DNA from: an uncultured Candidatus Saccharibacteria bacterium
Lineage (GTDB): Bacteria > Patescibacteriota > Minisyncoccia > UBA6257 > Colwellbacteraceae
DNA length: 64,000 bases
Direction: 5' to 3'
Assembly (NCBI GenBank): GCA_964348915.1
Contig: CAYGEM010000001.1
Span: 10,360 to 74,359 of the forward strand
The notes under the pieces are model-generated. The model was not told where the DNA came from and made no database searches. It saw only the letters and a list, made by a program, of their open reading frames with translations. Made by a program: the position numbers and the translations under genes. Below, one piece after another: positions 8,312 through 18,780 of this stretch (the stretch's first letter is position 1; every line of letters starts with the position of its first letter).

Positions 8312-9008
8312 GAATTAAAGATATCTTTCTTACTTCCGACCTGTCCATGCTGGCGCCGCCGACCAAAAGTCCCGCTATTTTCGGCGAAGAAAGAAAGGAC
8401 GAAGCGTTTTTCGAATTTACAGAACCGCCGTAGAGCACGAGCGGATTCTGACCGGAACGTTTAATGACATAATCGCTTATCTGTTTCGCGAGTGATTGGA
8501 CTTTAGAAGGGCTGTCCGCTTTGCCGCCGCCGATCGCGCCGGAAGGTTCGTAGACATAAATTATTTTCGCCAATTGTTCCGGGGAAAGCAAGCCAGTGGC
8601 CGCTTTCAGCTGACGGACGACGATACTCCCGGCCGCGGCAATGCCGACCAACCGGCCAAGTTCTCCCAAGCAAAGAATCGGCGTGATACCGAGCTTCAAA
8701 CAAGAGACCAGCTTGCGACTGATTATCGCCGGAGTTTCTTTTAAATGCATCCTTCTTTCGCTATGGCCGATTATGGAAAATTCGACGCCAGCTTCGGCAA
8801 GTTCATCCACGGAAACCTCGCCAGTATAAGCGCCGGGAGACCAAAAAGCATCCTGGCTGCCCAGCCGGGCTTTTTGAAGAACAGCGCGGACCGCGGGAAT
8901 AAACAGAAAAGGCGGACAGATGATAAAATTTTCGCAATCGGAATCGCGAGCGAGAGAAGCCGCTTCGTTTTCATTATTGGGATTGCATTTCCAGTTAAGA
9001 ACAATCAT
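8292..9008 (-). CDS. tpiA: Triosephosphate isomerase
   Basis: NWKCN, IIGHSERR and YEPSGAIGGGK motifs; 238 aa. Confidence 0.85.
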   Translation of the reverse strand: MIVLNWKCNPNNENEAASLARDSDCENFIICPPFLFIPAVRAVLQKARLGSQDAFWSPGAYTGEVSVDELAEAGVEFSIIGHSERRMHLKETPAIISRKLVSCLKLGITPILCLGELGRLVGIAAAGSIVVRQLKAATGLLSPEQLAKIIYVYEPSGAIGGGKADSPSKVQSLAKQISDYVIKRSGQNPLVLYGGSVNSKNASSFLSSPKIAGLLVGGASMDRSEVRKISLIHEQAEK

Positions 9009-9028
9009 TTTCGCGATTCGTTCGTTTT

Positions 9029-10831
9029 TTACTTCAATCTGTTTTCAGCATACCACTTAAAAACCTGGTAAGCCACCGGCAAAGTGTTGGAACTGCCTTC
9101 TTTGGCGTCTTCCACCAAAACTAAAAGGCATATCCGGGGCGGAGACGCGGACTCCATCGGCGCACAACCGACGAAAAGAGCGTTTATCCGGGCATTGTTC
9201 TCGATTTGCGCCGTTCCTGTCTTCGCGGCGATTTTCAGAGGCAAATCATGCAAAGAGTAAGCCGTACCGTAGGATTCATATACGCCATCTTCCATACCTT
9301 TTACCACCTCTTTCATCTCCGGAGCGAATTCGCTAAGGTCCGCGAGAAGCTCCGGTTCGTTCCGCGGAGTGAGCGTAATTCGGCGCAGAAATCCGCCGTT
9401 GGCGATGGAAGCGATGGCGTTCAAGAGTTCAAGCGGAGTGACGAGAATATCCCCTTGGCCAATGGAAATATGATAAGTATCGCCAATCGTCCAAGATTTT
9501 CCGGACCCCAGCGAATCCGCGTTCCCCTTTTTTTCACCCGGCAAATCGATTTCGGTAACGTTATTCAAACCGAAAATGCCGAAATATTTTTTAAGATTTT
9601 TGACGCCTAATCCGGCTATTTCTCCATAACCGCCTCCGACTGTGTAAAAATAAACATTGCAGGATCGCGCCAGAGCGGAATAAATATTGACCCATCCTTG
9701 CGGTTTCCAATCGACGAAACGACTCGGCTGGTCCGGATAATAAGGATTGGGGATTTCGATATATCCCGTGGAGAGAATCAGGTCTTCCGGACGAATTATT
9801 TTTTCAACTAAAGCCGCGACGGCGATCATCGGTTTAATTGTCGAACCAGGGCTGTACAAGCCGGCAATCGCCCGGTTAAACAGCGAGTTATCGGGAGAAG
9901 CGAGGGCTTCGCTTATTTTGTCGGGAGAGAAGCTCGGCACGCTGATTAACGCCAATAATTCGCCGTTTCGCGGGTCGATGGCGATGCCGACGCCGCGCGA
10001 ACGGCCCAATTGACGCATTCTTTCGGTCAGAGCTTCGTAAAAATATTTTTGAAGCTTGGCGTCAATGGTCGTAACCAAGTCCTGTCCGGGAATCGCTTTG
10101 TTCACCTCTTGCTCACCTACCGGGACACCCTGGACGTTCCGGTAGGTGATAAGCCGGCCATTTTCCCCCCGAAGAAGATTGTCGTATTCGGCCTCCACGC
10201 CGGAACGACCAATAATATCCACGTTAGACAATCCTCCTTTTACCTCCTCTCGATTGGTAAGTCCGGAATAACCGACGATATGACTGAAAGCCGGGTCGAA
10301 AAATCTTGTCGAGTCGACATTGACGAACAATGATTTCAAACCGGAGCTTTCTATTTTTATCGCCTGTTCTTTGGTCAGCCCGCTTTTAAACGGGATAAAG
10401 TTGCCGAGCTGAAGATTTTTTTCGGTCAAAATCGTTTTGAATTCGTTTTCGTCGCCGCCGAAAACAGCCGTGTACAGCGCTTCAGCGGCTTCCATTTCGT
10501 TGTCTCTCGCCAGCTCCGAGGAACGCACATAAAGATTGATGGAATCGCGATTTTCCGCCAAAATTTCGCCATACCGGTCGTAAATTATTCCGCGGGGCGC
10601 CCGTTCAACAAAAATCTGGCTGACATTGGCTTCCGCCCGCGCCCGATAAAAATCGCCATCAGCGACGCCGAGCGAAAACAGTCGCGCGAATACGATGACG
10701 CAGAAAATGCCGAAGGCAACGACTAAATTCCGGAAAACCTTCGCGCCGATAGGTTTTTCTTTAATTTCCGATTCTCCGGAAAAAACATCCGGCGTAATTT
10801 CTTCAAAATTTATTCGCGGATAATTTTTCAT
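9029..10831 (-). CDS. mrdA: Penicillin-binding protein 2 (peptidoglycan D,D-transpeptidase)
   Basis: N-terminal TM, transpeptidase motifs STIKP (SxxK) and KTGTAQ; located directly after mreBCD; 600 aa. Confidence 0.8.
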   Translation of the reverse strand: MKNYPRINFEEITPDVFSGESEIKEKPIGAKVFRNLVVAFGIFCVIVFARLFSLGVADGDFYRARAEANVSQIFVERAPRGIIYDRYGEILAENRDSINLYVRSSELARDNEMEAAEALYTAVFGGDENEFKTILTEKNLQLGNFIPFKSGLTKEQAIKIESSGLKSLFVNVDSTRFFDPAFSHIVGYSGLTNREEVKGGLSNVDIIGRSGVEAEYDNLLRGENGRLITYRNVQGVPVGEQEVNKAIPGQDLVTTIDAKLQKYFYEALTERMRQLGRSRGVGIAIDPRNGELLALISVPSFSPDKISEALASPDNSLFNRAIAGLYSPGSTIKPMIAVAALVEKIIRPEDLILSTGYIEIPNPYYPDQPSRFVDWKPQGWVNIYSALARSCNVYFYTVGGGYGEIAGLGVKNLKKYFGIFGLNNVTEIDLPGEKKGNADSLGSGKSWTIGDTYHISIGQGDILVTPLELLNAIASIANGGFLRRITLTPRNEPELLADLSEFAPEMKEVVKGMEDGVYESYGTAYSLHDLPLKIAAKTGTAQIENNARINALFVGCAPMESASPPRICLLVLVEDAKEGSSNTLPVAYQVFKWYAENRLK

Positions 10832-10834
10832 AGA

Positions 10835-11119
10835 TCACAACAAGTTGATGGCCAAATTGAACAAAGTCAAAAAAACAACGGAGACCGCAAATAAGCCGAG
10901 CAACGGATGAAGAGGCAGTTTTTTTAAGAGTATGGCCCCGGCGATGGCAGTCAAAGCAAACAGCGCCTCCTCGGCGATAATCATCGGGCTAAATTTTAAG
11001 ATAACCAAAACCGCCAGCAATAAAAAGGCGATGGCCGATTTTTCACTGATAAGCAAGGAAGCGGCAAAAAACAAAAAAAGCGAAATATTGGCCGGATTAA
11101 TCAAGCAGGACAAAAACAT
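10835..11119 (-). CDS. mreD: Small polytopic membrane protein, MreD-like by position
   Basis: 94 aa, about 3 TM helices, between mreC and PBP2 as in canonical mreBCD-mrdA operons; assignment is positional. Confidence 0.35.
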   Translation of the reverse strand: MFLSCLINPANISLFLFFAASLLISEKSAIAFLLLAVLVILKFSPMIIAEEALFALTAIAGAILLKKLPLHPLLGLFAVSVVFLTLFNLAINLL

Positions 11120-11771
11120 TTCTCAAGTTTTTTAGTTCAAAATCCGGAACGACAAGAACTTCGCCGCCAGGATTGTCTTCCCCGACTTTACCAACGACTA
11201 ACCCGTAAGGGAATCCGTCGGAAGAAGAAACTACGGCGTCTCCGGCGAAGACCTTCCCGTCAATAAGGGTGAGCTTTGGCGACAAACCGCCGGAGAAGAG
11301 AGCGTCGACTTCTCCGGCACCGACGCGAACGGGAATCTGGAAGTCGGGGTCGAAAACCGTTTGCGCGACCGCCGTCTTCCCGTAGACCCGCTTTATTTTC
11401 CCGACCAGAATTTTCTTACCCAAAGTAACCGGCATTCCCGAAACAAGGCCGTCGCTATTGCCTACATTAATGATTATCTCCGAACGGTTGGAAAACGGGT
11501 AACGGGAATAGACCTTCGCTTCTTTCTGTTCCCGCGAACCGCCTTCTCCGGCAATCTTTAAGTTCAAAATTTCAGCTTCCAGTTCCTGATTTTTCTGCCG
11601 CAACAATCGCAACAATTGTTCCTGGGGCTGTTCTTTGACGAGTCCGTCTCTTAAGTCGGCCAAAAAAATCTTCGCCGAAACGATTTTATTCCCGGCAAAG
11701 ACAAAAAAAACATACCCGGCAATCACCGCCGTCAAACCCAAATATTTTTTGAAACGGCTAACGGTTAACAT
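11097..11771 (-). CDS. mreC: Rod shape-determining protein MreC
   Basis: N-terminal TM, coiled-coil segment (LRQKNQELEAEILNLK), beta-rich C-terminal domain; follows mreB; 224 aa. Confidence 0.7.
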   Translation of the reverse strand: MLTVSRFKKYLGLTAVIAGYVFFVFAGNKIVSAKIFLADLRDGLVKEQPQEQLLRLLRQKNQELEAEILNLKIAGEGGSREQKEAKVYSRYPFSNRSEIIINVGNSDGLVSGMPVTLGKKILVGKIKRVYGKTAVAQTVFDPDFQIPVRVGAGEVDALFSGGLSPKLTLIDGKVFAGDAVVSSSDGFPYGLVVGKVGEDNPGGEVLVVPDFELKNLRNVFVLLD

Positions 11772-11779
11772 CTTTGAAT

Positions 11780-12823
11780 TTATATTTTTATCTCTTTGGG
11801 ACGCAATTGGCTATTCAACAGTTTTTCATAACGGCCGAATTCTTCCGCGACCATGCCCAAACCGCGGATAACGCAGGTCAGCGGATCGTCAATTAAGGCG
11901 ACCTTGGCGGAAATTTCGCGCTCGAAATAACGGTCGATTCCCTTGAGGAGGCTTCCGCCGCCAGAAACATAAATCCCTCTTTCCAATATGTCTCCGACCA
12001 ATTCCGGCGGAGCGGATTCGATCAGGTCGCGGGCCGCTTCCGCCAGCATCCGGACAGATTTGGCTATCGCCGCCCGGATATGAGGATTACGGAGAATGAT
12101 TTCTTTGGGAAGTCCACTGTTCAAATCGCGTCCGCGCACCGCAAGTTCCGCTTTTTCATCTATCGGCAGAGCCGAACCGATGACTACCTTCAACTTTTCC
12201 GCGGTCGGTCCGCCGATAGCCAGCTTGAATTCATCTTTGACGAATTTAATAATATCTTCATTGAGTCGGTCTCCGGCGATTTTTAAACTCCGGGAGACCA
12301 CGGTCCCGCCAACGGAAATTATGGCCATTTCCGTGGTTCCTCCGCCGATATCGATGATCATGTTGGCCGTCGGTTCTTCCACCGGCAATCGGGCGCCCAA
12401 AGCCGCGGCAATGGGCTCCTCGACGAGATAAACCCGGGATGCGCCGACGCCGGTTACGGCGTCTTCGACGGATTTTCTTTCCACTTCAGTCAAATTCGTC
12501 GGTACGGCCACCACGACCAATCCGTAACGATGGAGAAAGCCCGCGCCGAGACGAGAAAAATAATGCCGCAATATCTCTTCGGTCATTTCGAAATCGGAAA
12601 TCACCCCGTTCACCAACGGCCGGATAACACTGATGTGCTGGGGAGTGCGGTCAAGCATTTGGCGAGCTTCCTCGCCGAAAGCCAAAATCTGCCCGGTTTT
12701 GTTGTTCAGGGCGACAATAGTCGGTTCATTGACGACGATGCCGCGGTTTCCTTCGTAAATCAAGGTATTCGCCGTCCCCAAATCAATGGCTATTTTTTTG
12801 CTAAATCCTCCGAATATCTTCAT
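11780..12823 (-). CDS. mreB: Rod shape-determining protein MreB (actin-like ATPase)
   Basis: IAIDLGTANTLIY phosphate-1 motif and IDIGGGTTE; 347 aa. Confidence 0.9.
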   Translation of the reverse strand: MKIFGGFSKKIAIDLGTANTLIYEGNRGIVVNEPTIVALNNKTGQILAFGEEARQMLDRTPQHISVIRPLVNGVISDFEMTEEILRHYFSRLGAGFLHRYGLVVVAVPTNLTEVERKSVEDAVTGVGASRVYLVEEPIAAALGARLPVEEPTANMIIDIGGGTTEMAIISVGGTVVSRSLKIAGDRLNEDIIKFVKDEFKLAIGGPTAEKLKVVIGSALPIDEKAELAVRGRDLNSGLPKEIILRNPHIRAAIAKSVRMLAEAARDLIESAPPELVGDILERGIYVSGGGSLLKGIDRYFEREISAKVALIDDPLTCVIRGLGMVAEEFGRYEKLLNSQLRPKEIKI

Positions 12824-14015
12824 ATTTCATCATTTTTTTCGTTTCCGAGGCGCGTCTTTTCAATTCAATCCGGGAACCGGTTTTTTCGCTCACCACCAAC
12901 CGATACGGCAAGCCGATTAAATCGGCATCGGCAAACTTCTCACCGGCCGAAACTCCGCGGTCATCATACAAAACCTCGATTCCATCGGCAAGCAGGCGTT
13001 GATATATTTTTTTGCCCAACCCCTTTTTTAATTCAAGCAAATGAAAACGGTAAGGAGCGACGTTTTCCGGCCATATCATTCCCTTCTCATCATTATTAAC
13101 TTCAACTATCGTTCCCATCAAACGACTAAGGCCGAGGCCGTAACAGCCCATCTCCACGTTATGTTCCGCCCCTTTTTTATCCTTGAATTTTAATCCAAAT
13201 GGCTCGGAAAACTTCGTTCTCAATTTAAAAATATTGCCGACTTCAACCGCTTTTTCTTCGCGAAGAGTTTTGTTTCCGCATTTCGGACAGGCGGATTGGT
13301 CGTCGATGATTTCCTTATTGATGGCAAGCCGGCATTGGTCGCAAACGTAAATTGTATCTTCGCCGGCCGGAGTCAGGGTCTGAAATTCGTGGGAATACTT
13401 GGAAAATGTGCCGCCTGACGCGTAAGTCAAATAGGTCTTTTCGCCGATGCCAGCTTTCTTGAAAATCCGGAGGTAGGCCTTCGTTGTCCGGTCATAAAAC
13501 CGGTTCAGGTCTTTTTCGTCAACATGAAAAGAATAAAGGTCTTTCATCAGGAATTCCCGACCTCGTAACAAACCGGCCTTGGGACGTTTTTCGTCCCGGA
13601 ATTTGCTTTGAATCTGAAAAACCGCCAAAGGCAGGTGTTTGTAAGAAGAAACATATTTTTGGATGATAGGCGTCAGTATTTCTTCATGCGTGGGACCGAG
13701 AGCATAATCGTTCTTGGAATAAAAGCTGGTAAATTTAAAAAGCACATCAAACGTATTCCATCGGCCGGTCTGCTCCCAAACGGAACGCGGCTGAAGAGAG
13801 CTGAGAAAAATTTCCTGACCGCCGAGAGAGAGAATCTCTTCGCGGATAATATTTTCTATCTTTTTGATGACGCGTAATCCGAGAGGCAAAAAAGCGTAAA
13901 CTCCGGCCATTACTTTTTCAATAAAACCGGCGCGGATAAGCAGCTCCGCGTTGCGGGATTCTTCGTCTTTAGGCGCCTGCCGCAAAGTTGTCGTGAATAA
14001 TTCGGATTGTTTCAT
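12801..14015 (-). CDS. proS: Proline--tRNA ligase (short form without editing insertion)
   Basis: N-terminus MKQSELFTTTLRQAPKDEESRNAELLIRAGFI matches bacterial ProRS; class II motifs; Cys cluster CDQC...CPKC; 404 aa. Confidence 0.8.
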   Translation of the reverse strand: MKQSELFTTTLRQAPKDEESRNAELLIRAGFIEKVMAGVYAFLPLGLRVIKKIENIIREEILSLGGQEIFLSSLQPRSVWEQTGRWNTFDVLFKFTSFYSKNDYALGPTHEEILTPIIQKYVSSYKHLPLAVFQIQSKFRDEKRPKAGLLRGREFLMKDLYSFHVDEKDLNRFYDRTTKAYLRIFKKAGIGEKTYLTYASGGTFSKYSHEFQTLTPAGEDTIYVCDQCRLAINKEIIDDQSACPKCGNKTLREEKAVEVGNIFKLRTKFSEPFGLKFKDKKGAEHNVEMGCYGLGLSRLMGTIVEVNNDEKGMIWPENVAPYRFHLLELKKGLGKKIYQRLLADGIEVLYDDRGVSAGEKFADADLIGLPYRLVVSEKTGSRIELKRRASETKKMMKYEDIRRI

Positions 14016-14030
14016 CGGAAAAAAATCACA

Positions 14031-15044
14031 TTAAAATAACCTGCTTACGTCTTTTATCGTAACAATAATCATCAGAAATAACAAAATGGCGAAGAAAAAT
14101 GAATGCACGGCCGCTTCCGTTCGATAATCAACCGGCCGCCGCATTATTTTCCCGATTGCCAGAAAAAGAAATCGTCCGCCGTCAAGGGCGGGTAACGGCA
14201 AAATATTAATAAAAACCAAGTTAAGGGAAATGAAGCCGAATAGTTGCAGCAAATACCCGAATCCCAATTTATCGCCGATACGCACGGCATTCCAGATTCC
14301 GACGGGACCCGATAAATCGCCGAAATTTCCATGTCTCAACAGATAACCGAAAGAAGAGGCGATGGAGCCGAGCATCTCCCAGCTTTTGGAAAAACCGAGA
14401 ACCAAACCTTGCCGCAATCCGACTTTCGGAATGCCGGTTTCGACCAATTCCAAACCCAGTCGTCCGTTTTTATTCTTCTCCTCGGGGACGGAAATTTTCG
14501 CGGGGATGATTTGATTATCGCGTTCAATACTTAATTCGATTTCTTTCCCGGCATGTTCGTCAATATACTTGATGAAATCATTTCCCGAAGTAAATCCGGA
14601 TATTTTATCCCCGTTTTTAATGCCGACGACTTCGGCGGCAGAACCGGAAAACACCGTGGTTATATAGATAGACTGCGGCACACCGAAAGAATAAACAACG
14701 AAAAGGGCGAACCAGGCCATTAAAAAATTCATAAAAACGCCGGCAAGCAGAATCAAGGATTTCCGGGCAAAGGACTGCCGGCGGAAACCATTTTCAGGCG
14801 CCTGTTCGCTGTTTTTATCGATATCCAGCCCCTCGATGCTGACGAATCCGCCGAAAGGAATCGCATTGAAACTGTAAAGCGTTCCTCGGTATCTTTTCCC
14901 GGCGAGCCGGGGCGGATAGCCAACGCCAAACTCTTTGATTTTTACGCCAAGCGATTTGGCGGCCGCGAAGTGCCCCAATTCATGCCCTATTATCAGAATG
15001 GAAAGAAAAACAACCGTAAGGATTATCGTGACAAAAACCGACAT
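14031..15044 (-). CDS. rseP: RseP-like M50 site-2 zinc metalloprotease
   Basis: HELGHF zinc motif in TM1, internal PDZ-like region, polytopic membrane protein; 337 aa. Confidence 0.8.
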   Translation of the reverse strand: MSVFVTIILTVVFLSILIIGHELGHFAAAKSLGVKIKEFGVGYPPRLAGKRYRGTLYSFNAIPFGGFVSIEGLDIDKNSEQAPENGFRRQSFARKSLILLAGVFMNFLMAWFALFVVYSFGVPQSIYITTVFSGSAAEVVGIKNGDKISGFTSGNDFIKYIDEHAGKEIELSIERDNQIIPAKISVPEEKNKNGRLGLELVETGIPKVGLRQGLVLGFSKSWEMLGSIASSFGYLLRHGNFGDLSGPVGIWNAVRIGDKLGFGYLLQLFGFISLNLVFINILPLPALDGGRFLFLAIGKIMRRPVDYRTEAAVHSFFFAILLFLMIIVTIKDVSRLF

Positions 15045-15049
15045 TGAAA

Positions 15050-15580
15050 TTATTTCGTTATTTCGGAGATTTTCATCTCGACCGCCTCGTCAATATTTTT
15101 ATTAAAAGAATCAACTATTTTCTGCAAGTTTTCTTTGGCTTTGTATTTTTCGTCTTCGGGCAATTCGTTCACTTTTTTTACCACCTTATCCCGCAATGAA
15201 CGCATTTTTATGCGGCCGCCTTCGGCAGTCGATTTGACTAACCGACTCAACTCTTTGGCCCTTTCTTCGGACAACGGCGGCAAGAAAATCCGGATTATCA
15301 TTCCTTCCGGAGAAGCGCTCAATCCCAAATTGGCCGCCTCGATCGCTTTCGCGATGGCTGGAACAATTTTTGGGTCCCAAGGAGACACGGTTATTTCCCG
15401 CGGCGGAACGATTCCAATCGTGGCCAGCTGGTTAAGCGGCAATCTTTCTCCGAAATACTCCACCTTGACGCCATCCACCAGTTTCGACGTCGGCCGGCCC
15501 GAACGAATATGACTCAATTCCTCTTTAAACCAGGAACTAAGCTCGGCGATTTGTTTTTCGAAATTATTTATTTCTTCCAT
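15050..15580 (-). CDS. frr: Ribosome recycling factor
   Basis: 176 aa with the SHIRSGRP...VEYFG signature. Confidence 0.85.
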   Translation of the reverse strand: MEEINNFEKQIAELSSWFKEELSHIRSGRPTSKLVDGVKVEYFGERLPLNQLATIGIVPPREITVSPWDPKIVPAIAKAIEAANLGLSASPEGMIIRIFLPPLSEERAKELSRLVKSTAEGGRIKMRSLRDKVVKKVNELPEDEKYKAKENLQKIVDSFNKNIDEAVEMKISEITK

Positions 15581-16317
15581 TGCGCGGCTTGAAATTGAAG
15601 TTTCTTATTGGTGTTAAAACTCTCCATCAAAGAAATCCTTTTCAAGAATTCTTTTATTTTTTCGACGTTTTTAATTTTATTTTTATAAAGCGACATAATC
15701 TCGACTCTCGCGGCTTGGGCGTAATCATCGTCCGCGTTTTCCGAGACGACTCTCTCTGACCGGGAAAGCAATTCCTTGGCCAGAGCCGGCTTCCCGAAAC
15801 ATTCACGGCTTATTTCCCTGGCGCGAACCGGATCGGCCCCTTCTTCTCCAATCAGCCACCGCTCGATTTCTTCAGAAGAAATTCTTTCGAAATAAATCTT
15901 CTTGAGCCGGGAAACGAGCGTCGAAGGCAAAACTTGGGGGTTGGCGGCGATAATAATGATAATCGCGTAAATCGGCGGCTCTTCGCTTATTTTCAAAAGA
16001 GCATTCTCGGCTTGGTTAGTGAGGCGGTCGGCCCGGTCGATAATCACGGTGCGGTAATCCGCCGCGACCGGTTTGCGCCAGAGAAAAGATTGCAGCTTTC
16101 TCGCCTCTTCGATGCCGATAGAACCGGATTCCGCCGGAGATATCACGAGCGTATCGATAAGAGTCCCTTTTCCCTTTTCTAAAGACCGGGCAATTTCTTT
16201 GGCGAAAGAAAATTTGCCGACGCCCTCTTCGCCAAAAAATATATAACCGCCCGCCAACCGCTTATTCTCCAGTAAATTCGCGAACAGCTTTTTCTGTTTT
16301 TCGTGGCCGATAAGCAT
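15568..16317 (-). CDS. holB: DNA polymerase III delta-prime-like clamp-loader AAA+ subunit
   Basis: Degenerate P-loop GEEGVGKFSFAKEIA, clamp-loader architecture; 249 aa. Confidence 0.6.
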   Translation of the reverse strand: MLIGHEKQKKLFANLLENKRLAGGYIFFGEEGVGKFSFAKEIARSLEKGKGTLIDTLVISPAESGSIGIEEARKLQSFLWRKPVAADYRTVIIDRADRLTNQAENALLKISEEPPIYAIIIIIAANPQVLPSTLVSRLKKIYFERISSEEIERWLIGEEGADPVRAREISRECFGKPALAKELLSRSERVVSENADDDYAQAARVEIMSLYKNKIKNVEKIKEFLKRISLMESFNTNKKLQFQAAQWKK

Positions 16318-17330
16318 TAAGCGGTTTTATTGAGCAGATTCTTTTTATAAGTATTGAGATGATTCAATATTATGCCCGAGCCCTTGGCGACGCAAAGCAA
16401 GGCGTCTTCGGCCACGTAGGCCTCCACGCCGAGCAGACGGGCGAAAAAATTATCGATATTCTTCAGGTTCGCGCCGCCGCCGGAGACAATAATCCCTTTG
16501 TCCATTATGTCCGCTACCAATTCCGGCGGCGTTTCATTAAAAACATTTTGGATCGCGGAAACGATTTCTAAGAGAAACGGGTTGAGAGCGTCGGCGATTT
16601 CGTTGGAATTAACGATGATATCCTTAGGCAAACCGCTTACGAGGTCGCGGCCCCGGATTTCCTGCTCGAAGCGTCCGGTTTTCACAGGAAGAGCGGAACC
16701 GACGGCTATCTTCGCCGCTTCGGCGGTTTGCTCTCCTATCGCCAGAGAATGCTTTTTCTTGATGTAATCGATTATCGCCTGGTCGAAGCGATTGCCGGCA
16801 ATACGCAAGCTGGCCCAACACACGATGCTGCCTAACGAAATCACGGCGACTTCGCTTGTTCCGCCGCCCATATTCACAATCATGTTCCCTTGGGAAGAGT
16901 TGATCGGAATGCCCGCGCCCAAAGCCGCCAAAAGCGGCTCCTTGACGATATATGCGTTTTTGGCGCCTGCTTCCACCGCGGCATTGATGACAGCTCTCCT
17001 TTCAGTCGGTGTTATTCCGGCGGGGACGGAAATGACCACGTCCGGTTTCCATAGATTAAAGTTGCCCGTGGCTCGGCCGATAAAATACTTCAGCATCGCT
17101 TTGGTAATGTAATAATCGGCGATGACGCCGTCTTTAAGCGGACGATAAGCGACAATATCGCCGGGTGTGCGTCCGATCATTTCTTTGGCTTCCCGACCGA
17201 CGGCCAAAACCTTATTCTCCGGAACGCTCAACGCCACGATTGTCGGCTCGTTTATTACAAAACCGCGGCCCGGCGCATACACCACCGTGTTCGTCGTACC
17301 CAAATCGATTCCAATCTGGCGGATAAACAT
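16317..17330 (-). CDS. MreB/Mbl paralog (second actin-like protein)
   Basis: [21 protein letters not shown]; 337 aa; second MreB-family gene in this window. Confidence 0.85.
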   Translation of the reverse strand: MFIRQIGIDLGTTNTVVYAPGRGFVINEPTIVALSVPENKVLAVGREAKEMIGRTPGDIVAYRPLKDGVIADYYITKAMLKYFIGRATGNFNLWKPDVVISVPAGITPTERRAVINAAVEAGAKNAYIVKEPLLAALGAGIPINSSQGNMIVNMGGGTSEVAVISLGSIVCWASLRIAGNRFDQAIIDYIKKKHSLAIGEQTAEAAKIAVGSALPVKTGRFEQEIRGRDLVSGLPKDIIVNSNEIADALNPFLLEIVSAIQNVFNETPPELVADIMDKGIIVSGGGANLKNIDNFFARLLGVEAYVAEDALLCVAKGSGIILNHLNTYKKNLLNKTA

Positions 17331-17378
17331 TATTGAAATATAATATCACAATTCCTTCAAATGTCTAAATCTTCGATT

Positions 17379-18137
17379 TTAATCGGTCAAAATTTTCGGA
17401 CCCCGTTTGGTTATCGCGATCGTGTGTTCGAAGTGGGCGGTTAAACTGCGGTCAGCGGTCGCGAAACTGCCATCGGGACGTTCGATAACCCGCGAATCCC
17501 CCAAAGAAAACATCGGTTCCAAAGCGATTACCATTCCTTCCCGAAGAGGCGTTCCTACTCCACGTTTGCCGTAATTATAAATCATCGGGTCCTCATGCGG
17601 CCGGAAACCGACACCGTGTCCTCCCAAACCGCGGATTACCGCGAGTTTGTTTTTTCTCGCGACACGATTGATGGCGAAACCGATATCTCCGACTGTCCGA
17701 CCGAGGCGCGCCGCCTTTATCCCGGCGTAAAGCGCTTCCCGAGTGGCTCTCACGAGCCGGCGGACCGCCGGAGAATTTATTTTTACCGCGACCGTCAATG
17801 CGGCATCGCTTATCATGCCTTTCCAGTCCACGCCGAGGTCGATTTTAACGAGATCGCCGTTTTTAATGACATACGGCGAAGGAATCCCGTGAACGACGAC
17901 GTCATTTATGGAAGTACAGATGTTGGCCGGATACGGCCGGCGGCTGCCTTCCGGACAGTAATTAAGAAAAGCTGATTTAGCTCCGCGAAGATAAAGCTCT
18001 TTGGCGGCCAAAGAATCGAGTTCTCGCAATGAAACTCCGGCTTTGGTTTTTTTCTCCAGTATTTTCAACACGGCCGCGAGAATTTTGCCCGATTCGCGAA
18101 TCATGGCGATTTCTTCCGGCTTCTTAAGAAAAACCAT
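17379..18137 (-). CDS. map: Methionine aminopeptidase type I
   Basis: VVHGIPS and metal-ligand pattern of MetAP; 252 aa; downstream of secY-adk as in the conserved operon. Confidence 0.85.
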   Translation of the reverse strand: MVFLKKPEEIAMIRESGKILAAVLKILEKKTKAGVSLRELDSLAAKELYLRGAKSAFLNYCPEGSRRPYPANICTSINDVVVHGIPSPYVIKNGDLVKIDLGVDWKGMISDAALTVAVKINSPAVRRLVRATREALYAGIKAARLGRTVGDIGFAINRVARKNKLAVIRGLGGHGVGFRPHEDPMIYNYGKRGVGTPLREGMVIALEPMFSLGDSRVIERPDGSFATADRSLTAHFEHTIAITKRGPKILTD

Positions 18138-18145
18138 CCGCGTTT

Positions 18146-18763
18146 TTACCTCTTTAGGAAACCGGCCTTTTTAATTTCCCTGACGAGAGAACGATGCACG
18201 GTTAAGGGAGTTTTTTCTCCATCGATTTTCAATAAATGATAACCGCGTTTTCTAAGGGCGGTAAAAACAGGATAAGTCCGTTCTTTGTAGGCCCGGTAAC
18301 GAACCTTGATAATCTCCGGTTTATCGTCTTTTCTTCCTCTTTTGCTATTCCTCCTTATGGATTCTTTTTCCCCGATGTTCAACCAGACAAAAACAAGGTT
18401 CTCGTCTCCTCCGAAAATCCTTTCCAAAAAATAAACGTATCCCTTATCTTCCCCTTTCCCAAAGGCCTCGTAAACCGTCCGGGGAGAACCGGTCAAAACC
18501 ATTCGGGGATGAGAACGCGCGGAGGAGCGAACTATTCGTTTCATAATTTTATTGACCCAATCCGAGTCCATTAGTTTGCCGGCCAGATAAAGGACCCTTT
18601 GTCTTTTAACGTCCGGCTTGCGAATTTCTTTCGGGTTTTCAAACATACGCACAAAAGTGTTCCCGTTATCAATATGAAACAGGCCGTATCTTTTAACTAA
18701 AAGTTCGGCCTGCGTTCCCTTTCCCGCTCCCGGGGGTCCCATAATTATCAACGCGAAAGGCAT
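18146..18763 (-). CDS. adk: Adenylate kinase-like NMP kinase
   Basis: P-loop IIMGPPGAGKGTQA; position secY-adk-map. Probable start at MPFALII (ORF listed to 18784). Confidence 0.7.
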   Translation of the reverse strand: MPFALIIMGPPGAGKGTQAELLVKRYGLFHIDNGNTFVRMFENPKEIRKPDVKRQRVLYLAGKLMDSDWVNKIMKRIVRSSARSHPRMVLTGSPRTVYEAFGKGEDKGYVYFLERIFGGDENLVFVWLNIGEKESIRRNSKRGRKDDKPEIIKVRYRAYKERTYPVFTALRKRGYHLLKIDGEKTPLTVHRSLVREIKKAGFLKR

Positions 18764-18780
18764 ATAACGATTATACACAA

